A DNA stretch of 64,000 nucleotides from Piromyces finnis finn. Lineage: Eukaryota > Fungi > Neocallimastigomycota. The notes beneath the pieces were generated by a model that saw only the letters and a program-made list of their open reading frames with translations, had not been told where the DNA came from and did not search any database. Positions 49,470 through 58,610 of the stretch are shown piece after piece. The position numbers and the translations under genes were made by a program. The first letter of the stretch is position 1. The number at the start of each line of letters is the position of its first letter. The stretch covers positions 62,001-126,000 of the forward strand of contig MCFH01000021.1 of the NCBI GenBank assembly GCA_002104945.1, read 5' to 3'.

Positions 49470-51605
49470 ATGGCTGAGTTTAAACAATTATTAAAAGTTC
49501 CAGAAATTATTCAAGCTCTAAATAAAATAAATATTGATATTAAAGATGAAGATATAATAAAGCCTTCACCCGAAAGAGTTTTTTATATTTATGAATGTAT
49601 GGTTAATTATACTTTAGGTATTCGATACTCAGACTTAACGCAACCAAATTTTGAAATTGAAAGAAAATTAGAATACCCTGAATTATTAAAAGATTCACTT
49701 CCATTAGTATCATTTTATGAACTTATGTAAGAAATTTATATTAACTATAATCCAATTGAAAAAATAAAAAATTAAAGAATTTCTAAAATTGTATATTTTA
49801 TTCATAGTTCAAAAATATTAAAAAATGTTGGAATTGAAACTTTTTCATTTACTGATTTGGTTAATCCAGAACCAAATCAGCTTAGACGTAATCTAAGTGC
49901 TTTTGTTCAATTTATATATTTTGAACAAAAACATACTGCAACTATTTACGAATTTAAAAATAAAACTGTAAGTTTTTAATTTCTGGAAATAAATAATATA
50001 TATATAATAAGTCTGTTATAAATTGATTTTTAATTTTAAAATTAATAATTAGATAACTTTTTTTTTTTCAAATTAATTAAAAATTTCAGGACGAATATGA
50101 TAATATACTGAATGAAAAACAAGCAAGAATAGAAGAATTAAAACAAAAAATTGAACAAGTTAGGTAAATAAAGAAATTTAAAACTATATATCAAAAAAAA
50201 TTTTTAATCTATTTAAATATAATTTCTATAAATTGAAAATTTGTCCTAATTTATTTTTATTAATTATGTTATAATTATTACAATAGATTAGAAAGAGAAA
50301 AAGATGAAGTAGAAGCTCAAAAGATTAAAGAAATTAATAATAAACTAACTAATCAAAATCGTGAATTAAAATCGAATCATGATGTTACAGCAAATAATAT
50401 TGCAAAATTAAAATCTCAAAAAGAAAGTTTAGAAGAAAAAATTGTAATTATATTTTTATATGATTTCATATTTCATAAATTTAATTAAATTAAAGTTTTA
50501 AATTATTATTATTATTATTATTATTATTTATCAAGACAAACACACAATTGATGATTAATAATAATCAAGAAGAAAGTACACGTTTGAGATCCCTTTTAGT
50601 TCATAATCCAGAAGAATTCAAAAAAGTAATGTTTTTTTATATATATATCCTGATATATCCTTATACTTAAAATGCTCTCTATATATATATTATTAATTTC
50701 AATACTAAAATTTTATATTTTACTTTAAAATAAACTTTTAAAAATTTAAAATCTAGTTAATAGAAAATCTCAATAATTCATTAAATGATAAAAGACATCA
50801 AATTTCCACTACAGATAAAAGAATACAGGAATTACAATCAAATATGCATAAAATGCAGGCATTAAAAGAAATAATAAGTGAATGTATAAAATCTATTCAG
50901 GAATGTCAAGAAAATTTTGATGAATTTAAAACATATCAAAAGAAAGCTTCAGAAGAAGGTGAAAAGGTAGAGAAGGTTGATAGTGACGTTAGAAACTTAA
51001 CAATGGAAAATGAGGTATATAAAAATAGAAATAGTAATAATAATTATCAGGATAACTATAGTATAAAGATAGAATATATTATGAATTTTTTTTTAATATC
51101 ATATATATATATTTAAACAAAAATAAAACAGCAATTAGATCAAAGATATAGAAATATAGAAGAAATGGAGCAAAGAGTGATAAAAAAGAAAAATGAAAAT
51201 ATAAAGAATCTAGAAATAAAAATGAACCAATTACGTGAAAAATATTATAAAGTTAGAGATGATTATTTAATTAAAATGGTTGATTTAGATAAACACCGAA
51301 AATCTGTACAAGAAACAGAAAATAAGGTAATTTATTATTTTATAAAATTCCTTTATTACAGACAACTTATCATTAAATTATTATAAATTTAAAATGAATT
51401 ATGTAAAATATTTTTATTCATTATTTATTATTTATTTTTATTTTTATATTCTTTCATTTTTTTAACACTTAATATATAGACAATCACTTTAAAAGAACAA
51501 ATTAAATCAGATATGGCTACAATGAATTCAGCATATAATAAATTGAAATCTCAAGTTGATTGTTATCTTACTGAAGTACAAGCTTCATTAAGAGAAAATA
51601 TTTAA
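49470..51605 (+). CDS. NUF2: Kinetochore Ndc80-complex subunit Nuf2
   Basis: CH-domain motifs EDIIKPSPERVFYIY, FSFTDLVNPEPNQLRRNLSAFVQF, followed by long coiled-coil exons; ends ...ASLRENI*. Confidence 0.9.
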
Positions 51606-51954
51606 TTATAACAATATATCCATTTAATAAGCAAACAAAAACACAATACCACATTACATTATACCTTTATTAAAAATTATTTATTAATAATTATTTAAAA
51701 TAAATCAGTAATAATATAGAGAATAATATATATTTATTTATTTATCTATCTATCTAATTTTTTATCTTTTTATTTATAGTTATCTTTTTATTTATAGTAT
51801 TTATTTGATAGTTATGCTTATTTTTTTTTTTTTTTTGTTTGTTTGTTTGTTTTGCTTTGTTTTACTTTATTTTACTTTATTTTGTTTTCCTTTTTTTACT
51901 TTTTAAAAAAAAATTTTAAATAATTCCATATCATTTATATCATTTATTTTTTAA

Positions 51955-51957
<3 letters not shown>

Positions 51958-52021
<64 letters not shown>
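51958..52021. repeat. (TTA)n microsatellite
   Basis: About 21 consecutive triplets in the NUF2-BSP intergenic region. Confidence 0.9.
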
Positions 52022-52023
<2 letters not shown>

Positions 52024-52177
52024 AATAATATTTTTCAGTTTTAAATATATTAATTTTGTAATTTTTTTTTTATGAAGTTATTATATTCTTAATTTTTTAT
52101 TCATACTTATTAATATTTTTATATTTAAGAAAGAAAGAAAAAAAAAAGTAGAAATTTATTTCTATCTTTTATGAGAC

Positions 52178-53149
52178 TTATTTATCTTGTAAAGAAATTT
52201 GGTAATATATAAATAAATCTTCAACATTATGACTAGTAATGTTTTTAAACGCTTGATTGGTAAATCTATATCTACATTGTTTATTTAAAGCAGAAATGAA
52301 TGTCATATCTTTAAACTCTTCAGTATTTGTAACATTATTTTGAATCCAATTTAAGAAGAAACCAGTACCATCATAACCAACATCCCATGGAATGTTTTTA
52401 GAATCATTACATTCATCAATTGGGACAATATTTTCAACCCAATGTTTAGCTGGATAACCAACCATTAATCTAACGGCATCTGCAATACCTTCAATAAGAT
52501 TACCTGATAATCCATCACAACTAAATTGCCAAACATGAACTAATTCATGAGAAAGAACACCTCTTACCTCATAACGAAGTTCATTCATAGCTTCCTGTTC
52601 AAGAGTAACATTTGGTATATCTTTTTTGGAAACAATGGTTGTAACTACAGTTGTTGTAATAACTGTAGTTTCGGTAACTCCATCAGGATTTTTTAGGATT
52701 ATTTTAGTAACAGTAGCTGTGGAATCACTTTGACTACTATCATTATTATTTTTACGAATAGAATGGAAATTCTTGGCACGATGCTTATAATAATCAAAAA
52801 TGTAACCAATTGAAAGATGAATTTCAGCTGTATAATTATCAAAATCATTAGTAGTGTATGCTACACCATCCATATCCCTTACAACATATGTTATTTGTTT
52901 TATTTTTTTTACGTTATCATTACTTCTTGAATTTTCTTGATTTGGGTACAAAGTTTCAAAAACCTTATTAGAAAGTCCTATAAATTCATCTAATGGATCA
53001 TTAAATAATTCAAAAAAAACTGGTAAAAAGTTTAAAGCTTTTTCTGAAGTTCCATTATTATCATTATCAGTTCTATATTCAAATATATAATGAATATTAT
53101 TATCGTATTTATCGGAATTTAATTTATATTTATAATTAACAGAAGTCAT
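52178..53149 (-). CDS. BSP (basic secretory protein) family putative zinc peptidase, intronless
   Basis: DGVAYT, EIHLS, GVLSHELVHVWQ (HExxH), LIEGIADAVRL, WDVGYDGTGFFLNWI. Confidence 0.85.
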   Translation of the reverse strand: MTSVNYKYKLNSDKYDNNIHYIFEYRTDNDNNGTSEKALNFLPVFFELFNDPLDEFIGLSNKVFETLYPNQENSRSNDNVKKIKQITYVVRDMDGVAYTTNDFDNYTAEIHLSIGYIFDYYKHRAKNFHSIRKNNNDSSQSDSTATVTKIILKNPDGVTETTVITTTVVTTIVSKKDIPNVTLEQEAMNELRYEVRGVLSHELVHVWQFSCDGLSGNLIEGIADAVRLMVGYPAKHWVENIVPIDECNDSKNIPWDVGYDGTGFFLNWIQNNVTNTEEFKDMTFISALNKQCRYRFTNQAFKNITSHNVEDLFIYYQISLQDK

Positions 53150-53280
53150 TTTAAAATTACAATTTCAATTTAAAATATCATTTAAATTATAATATTTTGT
53201 AAACATAAAAATCTTTTTCAATAACATAACCCATTTAATAATTTAATAAAATTATGATTTATAAAATAATTTTTTATTTT

Positions 53281-53568
53281 TATTAGTTAAAATATTTTAT
53301 TAAAAATATAGTTTAATTTTATTATTAATATTAATAGATTATGGTAATTACAAAGAATTAATTAAATGAGAAATTGAATAAATTTATACTATAAAATGTG
53401 GCTAGTTATAAAACTAAAAACTATTGCTAATAAATGTTCTTAGAACATGTGAATTACTAATACACTACTAATTATTATTAATACATTTACTAATACATTA
53501 TTAATTATTTTAAACAGAAAATAAAATTATTTTAACACATATTTAATTTATTCTAAGATATTCTAACA
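53281..53568 (-). repeat. 3' LTR (288 bp core; 291 bp if the shared TTT at 53278-53280 is included)
   Basis: Base-for-base identical to 58265-58552 by manual comparison; begins TGTTAG on the element strand. Confidence 0.97.
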
Positions 53569-55790
53569 TTCCCCCTCAGACCAGAATGTTTTCTTGTTAA
53601 AAATTTGGTCTGTAAATTTTGTCATTTTCGGTCCATTGAAATTTTTGGTAAGTGGGTCGGCCAGCATTTTTTCTGAATTAATATATTCTAACTTTACTTT
53701 TTTATTTTTAATATTGTCCTTATTGAAAAAGAATTTTATTTCTATATGTTTTAATTTGTTATTAAGTTCCCCGTTTTCAATGATAGTTTTGCTTGCTAAA
53801 TTATCTGTATGAATTGTAATTGGTTTTTTGTAATTGAACAATTCTTTTAAAATATTCTTTATCCATAATACTTTTTTAGTACATTCAGCCATTGCTATAT
53901 TCAGCTTCGGCAGTAGATGTAGCAACTACAGATTGCTTTTTAGATTACCAGCATATAGGATCATTGTTCATAAGAATTATGTATCCGGAAGTAGATTTTC
54001 TATCTTTAGGGTCACCTCCAAAGTCTGCATCAGTATATGCTACAATTTCCCCCTGTCCTTTATATTCAATTTTATAACTTTTAGTATAATTTAAATATTT
54101 TAATATATTTAATACCTTTTTCCAGTCAGCTTTAGTTGGATGTTCTGAATTCCTTGCTACTTTATTGACTGCGAATGTTATGTCAGGTTTAGTGCATCTG
54201 GATAAATAGATTAAAGATCCGACAGCGCTTTTATATACTGTTTTGTCAAAATTTTCTTCTTCATATTTTGTTGAATAATCATCAGTACATGGAGTCTTTG
54301 CTTTTCGGATATTTTTAACTTTGAATTTTTTTAATATATCTTTAATGAATTGAATTTGATTAATAGAATATTTAAAATTGTTGCGTTCAATACTTATTCC
54401 TAGAATATACTCAGCAGGACTGCATTTTGAAATTTTAAATTTTTTCTTTATTTTGTTTATTATTTCTTGAACATTTTTATTTATTCCTGTTATTAATAAG
54501 TCATCTACATAAACACCTATAATGCAAACTAATTTATCCCCCATCATTTTCTTAAAAATACACGGTTCAGAAATTAATTGATTGAATTGGTTATTTTTAA
54601 GGAAATTACTAAATAAAAGATTCCATTGGCGACCAGATTGTTTGAGACCATAGAGAGCTCTATTAAGAAGCCAATAACCACGTCCGTAGTTAACGTCTCC
54701 TAGAGGGATAGAAACATATATTTCTTTGTCAAGTGGTGCATTAAGATAAGCGGCTTTAATATCAAGTTGCATAATGGGCCAATTAGATTTTGCAGTTATA
54801 GCTATAATAAACTTTAAACTATCAATGTTTAAAGTAGGAGAAAAAGTGAGTTCAAAATCTATATCTTTTCTTTGGGTAAAACCTCTTGCAACAAGTCGAG
54901 CTTTATATTTATTAATATTACCATATTGATCCCTTTTAATGGTAAAAATCCATTTGGTAGAAATAGCTGATTTTCCAGTAGGGAGTTTTTTAACAAAGGT
55001 CATAATATTATTGTCATAAAAATTTTTGATTTCTGAATTGATAGCAATGAGCCAAGATTCACGTTCTTTACAATTGATCGCTTGTTTGAAAGATAAAGGT
55101 GTATCAGTTGCAAGGTTTTGATTAGATGGTTCAATATAGTCTAATGAGATTTTATTTTTCTTGTTATCATTAAAAAATATAGGACTGCCTGGTCTTTTAA
55201 TTGACTCATTAAAAGAAGGTTTTAATTTTTTATTAAAATTAGAAGATAAAATGCATCCACGTCGTTTTACTGAATCATTAAATGAGGATTTTAATTTTTT
55301 ATTGTTGAAAGAATTAGTATTATTTAATTTATGTTTTAAAGGATTAATATTCGAGTTATTAAATACTAAATCATTTGTTTTGTTAATATTATTATTAGAT
55401 ATTAAATTTTTATTTATAGTGGAATTATTTGAATTATCAATATCTGATATATTTGATGACTGAATGTAATCGTCATCACTGGAAACACTAAGAGATTTAA
55501 AACTTGAAGCAATTTCATTAATAATATTATCAGTATTTCTATTTAATTTATCTTCTTCATTATTATTAGACATATTTGAATTATTCACATTATTATTATT
55601 TGTGTCATTTATTTCATTGTATATAATGCCTGATTTATCCTTATTATTTGATTCTTCATTTGTATTAATTATCGAGGATTCAAATATATAATTATCATTA
55701 TTAAAAATGTTAGTTGGAAGTTTTACATTGTTTTTGTTGACAGATAAACTAGAAGGGGTTTCTTCATCAAATATATAATAAATAGTATTG
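53563..55790 (-). pseudogene. pol RT/RNase H with a premature stop (W*SKKQ, 53945-53947) and a frameshift after AEAEY (about 53896)
   Basis: RT motifs KARLVARGF, QLDIKAAYLN, LYGLKQSGRQW, YVDDLL. RNase H continues SKKQSVVATSTAEAEY, then shifts frame to AMAECTKK...KHIEIK...MLADPLTK. Confidence 0.9.
53569..53578 (-). other. Polypurine tract of the copia element
   Basis: Minus strand TGAGGGGGAA abuts TGT of the 3' LTR. Confidence 0.9.
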
Positions 55791-56185
55791 TTAATATTTA
55801 ATTAATATATAGGTAATACATGGACTGTATTCAATTTGCAGTTTACTCAAATTGAATCAAAAGTGTATTTAATTAGTTTTAGTTTAGTTTTATTATTTTA
55901 TTATTTAATTAAATTAGTATTAAATTAGTTTTGTTTATTTTATATTGAATATATGTATAATTAAATAGAATAGTATATTAAAATATAATTTACGAAAAAT
56001 ATAAATGCATGTAAAATTTCTTGATTAAAACGATGTAATTGTTATTGACTATTATTTAGTTAATAACTAAATAAAATTAATAAAAGAGATATTTTTAAAT
56101 AGATTTTGTTTTTCTTGTTTCTTTTTATTTATTTCGTGTTTTATGTTTTATTGTAAAATTTTATAATCTGTTTTTTTATAAACTT

Positions 56186-58228
56186 TTACATATAGTTAAA
56201 ACGTTCAGCAATTCCATTATTCTGAGGATTATATGGAGGAGAAAAAGTTTTGATAATACCACTTTCTTTACAGTAATTAAGAATTTTCTTATTATTATAT
56301 TCAGTACCCTGATCAGAATGAAATGTTTTAATTTTATACTTAAATTGATTTGTTAAATATGTAAAAAAGTTAATAATTGTCCTAGGAATTTCCGACTTTC
56401 CTTCAAGTAGAAAAATCCAACTTTTTCTAGTAAACTCATCAATAAAGGTTAATACATATGTTTTACCAGTAAATGATTTTTGGATTGGACCAATTACATC
56501 TGAATGTATTACTTCTAAAATTTCAGTAGCTTTTGGAGTTTCTGAGTTATGGGGTTTACGGTTTAATTTTGCTATTTTACAGTCATTACATTCAACTTCT
56601 TTAATATTGTGTAATTTTAAGTATCTGTTTAAATTATCATGGTAGAAGTGTCCAAGCCTTTTATGCCATAATAGTCTTGAATGTTCATTAAGTTTAAATT
56701 TATTTTCATAAGATATTGTGTCAATGTAAGTATCAGTTTTTATTTTATTATATATAGGTATGAGTATGATATTATTTTTATCTGCCATAAATGTTCCTAT
56801 ATTGACAGTTTTATTCTTTTCATTTTTTATTTTTAGGTTAAGATATACATTTTCTTTCTTTGGCTTCATATTACAAATTATACCATTTTGTGAAAGCTTT
56901 ATACCACTTAATAAAATTTTACTAACTTGTTTTGAGTATAAGACGTTTTCAAGTATTATATTATATCCGTTTATACAGCCTTTATATGTACCAATACCAC
57001 TGAATTCACATAATGAGTTATTTGCACATTTTAATGTTATTTTTTCTTCTCGAAAATTAGTAAGTATTTCTTTATTGTTGGTGATGTGCTCTGATGCACC
57101 AGTATCAAATGTCCATATAGTCTTATTATCATATTCATTTTTATTTATATTTAAAATTAATTGATCTTGATATTCATTATTATCAGTGTGAGTGTTATCT
57201 TCAATTATTTCAATACTATTAGCTTCATGATCATATATTGTTTTTAGTTCATCAAAAGAGAGTTCGGTGTCAGAATACTGATCATTATATTCCATATTTG
57301 AAATAGATTTATATCTATATTTACTATTTTTCTTTTTGTTATTTTTATCAAACTTCCTTTTGTTATTATTATTATTATTTTCAGTTATCTTATTTTTATT
57401 TTCTTTATTTATATTAGTTAGTTGATTATATTTGCATTCTTTGGTAGAATGACCATTAACTTCGCACATATGGCAAAATTTTGGTTTATAATTTTTATTC
57501 TTATTTTTAGATATATAAGAAATATCCTTCTCGCTTCTATTAATGAAGTCGATGTCCATTAGATCATCATTTGCATTGATACTTCTGTTATAATCAATAC
57601 TGCTATTAAGATAAATGAGAAAGTTTATTTTATTTATTGCTTGGTTCAGAAAATCTTCGACAGTTTCAGTACCATCAGGATGAATATAGTTTCTGAGGGT
57701 TTTAGGGAATGATAAGTATAAAACTCTAATCTTTTCCCAATCTCCAAGATTTGCATTACTTCTTGACATAATATCAAAAATCTCTTTAATTTGATTTATT
57801 ACATCTTTGCATTCGGAAAGATCCGTAGCCTTTAAAGAGTACATCTTCTTCATCCAATATTGAATATCAGCAGATTTCTTTTTGCCATACATAGATTTCA
57901 GCTTTTTCATAATATCATAAGCTGATGATAATCTCTTGATATAATCTAGCACTTCCTTTGAAACGTTGGTGCTAATGATCGTGCAAGCTAGTGCATCCAT
58001 TGCTTCTGCTTCATCGATCTCTTCTTCCATTTCTTTTATAGCCTGTTTGTTTTGGATGGTATTCCCTTTTTCAGTTTCAAGCTTTTTCTTAAGTTCTTCA
58101 ATTTTATTAGTTTTAACATAACTTAAGATTTTCTTGGATTTGAGAATGTTGTTGATAAGGAATTCCCATTCTTCAAAATTATCTTTGTTAAGACGTTCTT
58201 CAGGTTGGAGTTTTAATTCTTGAGACAT
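56186..58228 (-). CDS. copia gag-protease-integrase ORF, truncated just after the catalytic Glu
   Basis: 680-aa ORF; LTFIDEFTR, FHSDQGTEY, PQNNGIAERFNY then stop. Confidence 0.9.
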   Translation of the reverse strand: MSQELKLQPEERLNKDNFEEWEFLINNILKSKKILSYVKTNKIEELKKKLETEKGNTIQNKQAIKEMEEEIDEAEAMDALACTIISTNVSKEVLDYIKRLSSAYDIMKKLKSMYGKKKSADIQYWMKKMYSLKATDLSECKDVINQIKEIFDIMSRSNANLGDWEKIRVLYLSFPKTLRNYIHPDGTETVEDFLNQAINKINFLIYLNSSIDYNRSINANDDLMDIDFINRSEKDISYISKNKNKNYKPKFCHMCEVNGHSTKECKYNQLTNINKENKNKITENNNNNNKRKFDKNNKKKNSKYRYKSISNMEYNDQYSDTELSFDELKTIYDHEANSIEIIEDNTHTDNNEYQDQLILNINKNEYDNKTIWTFDTGASEHITNNKEILTNFREEKITLKCANNSLCEFSGIGTYKGCINGYNIILENVLYSKQVSKILLSGIKLSQNGIICNMKPKKENVYLNLKIKNEKNKTVNIGTFMADKNNIILIPIYNKIKTDTYIDTISYENKFKLNEHSRLLWHKRLGHFYHDNLNRYLKLHNIKEVECNDCKIAKLNRKPHNSETPKATEILEVIHSDVIGPIQKSFTGKTYVLTFIDEFTRKSWIFLLEGKSEIPRTIINFFTYLTNQFKYKIKTFHSDQGTEYNNKKILNYCKESGIIKTFSPPYNPQNNGIAERFNYM

Positions 58229-58247
58229 GTCGTAAATAAAGAGGAAT

Positions 58248-58261
58248 TGAGACTCTTAATC
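58248..58261 (-). other. Primer-binding site complementary to the tRNA-Lys(CUU) anticodon arm
   Basis: Plus strand TGAGACTCTTAATC equals tRNA-Lys(CUU) positions about 27-40 (CTT anticodon), next to the 5' LTR. Confidence 0.75.
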
Positions 58262-58264
58262 TTT

Positions 58265-58552
58265 TATTAGTTAAAATATTTTATTAAAAATATAGTTTAA
58301 TTTTATTATTAATATTAATAGATTATGGTAATTACAAAGAATTAATTAAATGAGAAATTGAATAAATTTATACTATAAAATGTGGCTAGTTATAAAACTA
58401 AAAACTATTGCTAATAAATGTTCTTAGAACATGTGAATTACTAATACACTACTAATTATTATTAATACATTTACTAATACATTATTAATTATTTTAAACA
58501 GAAAATAAAATTATTTTAACACATATTTAATTTATTCTAAGATATTCTAACA
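58265..58552 (-). repeat. 5' LTR (288 bp core)
   Basis: Identical to 53281-53568. Confidence 0.97.
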
Positions 58553-58610
58553 TTTATTTATTTATTTATTTATTTATTTATTTGTTTGTTTGTTTGTTTG
58601 TTTGTTTGCT
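58553..58610. repeat. Compound (TTTA)n(TTTG)n microsatellite at the element insertion site
   Basis: Tetranucleotide runs start directly at the LTR boundary. Confidence 0.9.

Larger units (their letters stand above)
53278..58552 (-). mobile_element. Ty1/copia LTR retrotransposon, full length but coding-defective
   Basis: Two identical LTRs, PBS, PPT, and the order gag (CCHC CHMCEVNGHSTKEC) - protease (DTGAS) - GAG-pre-integrase (WHKRLGH) - integrase D,D35E - RT (YVDD) - RNase H. Candidate 5-bp TSD TTTAT at 53273-53277 and 58553-58557. Confidence 0.97.

Noticed and set aside
53434-53448. Palindrome ATGTTCT-T-AGAACAT in the LTR, resembling a heat-shock or STAT element
   Set aside because: Spacing is TTC-N3-GAA, not the HSE TTC-N2-GAA, and fungi have no known STAT; no support for function.
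53945-53947. TAA stop possibly from CAA, as a sign of RIP
   Set aside because: One inferred transition; the LTR repeats are identical and the long ORFs remain open, unlike RIP-mutated repeats.
55800-56189. Idea that the integrase interruption is a spliceosomal intron (GTAAAAG ... CTAAT ... AG)
   Set aside because: Splicing to either available AG still hits a stop within about 20 codons and does not restore the missing integrase residues.
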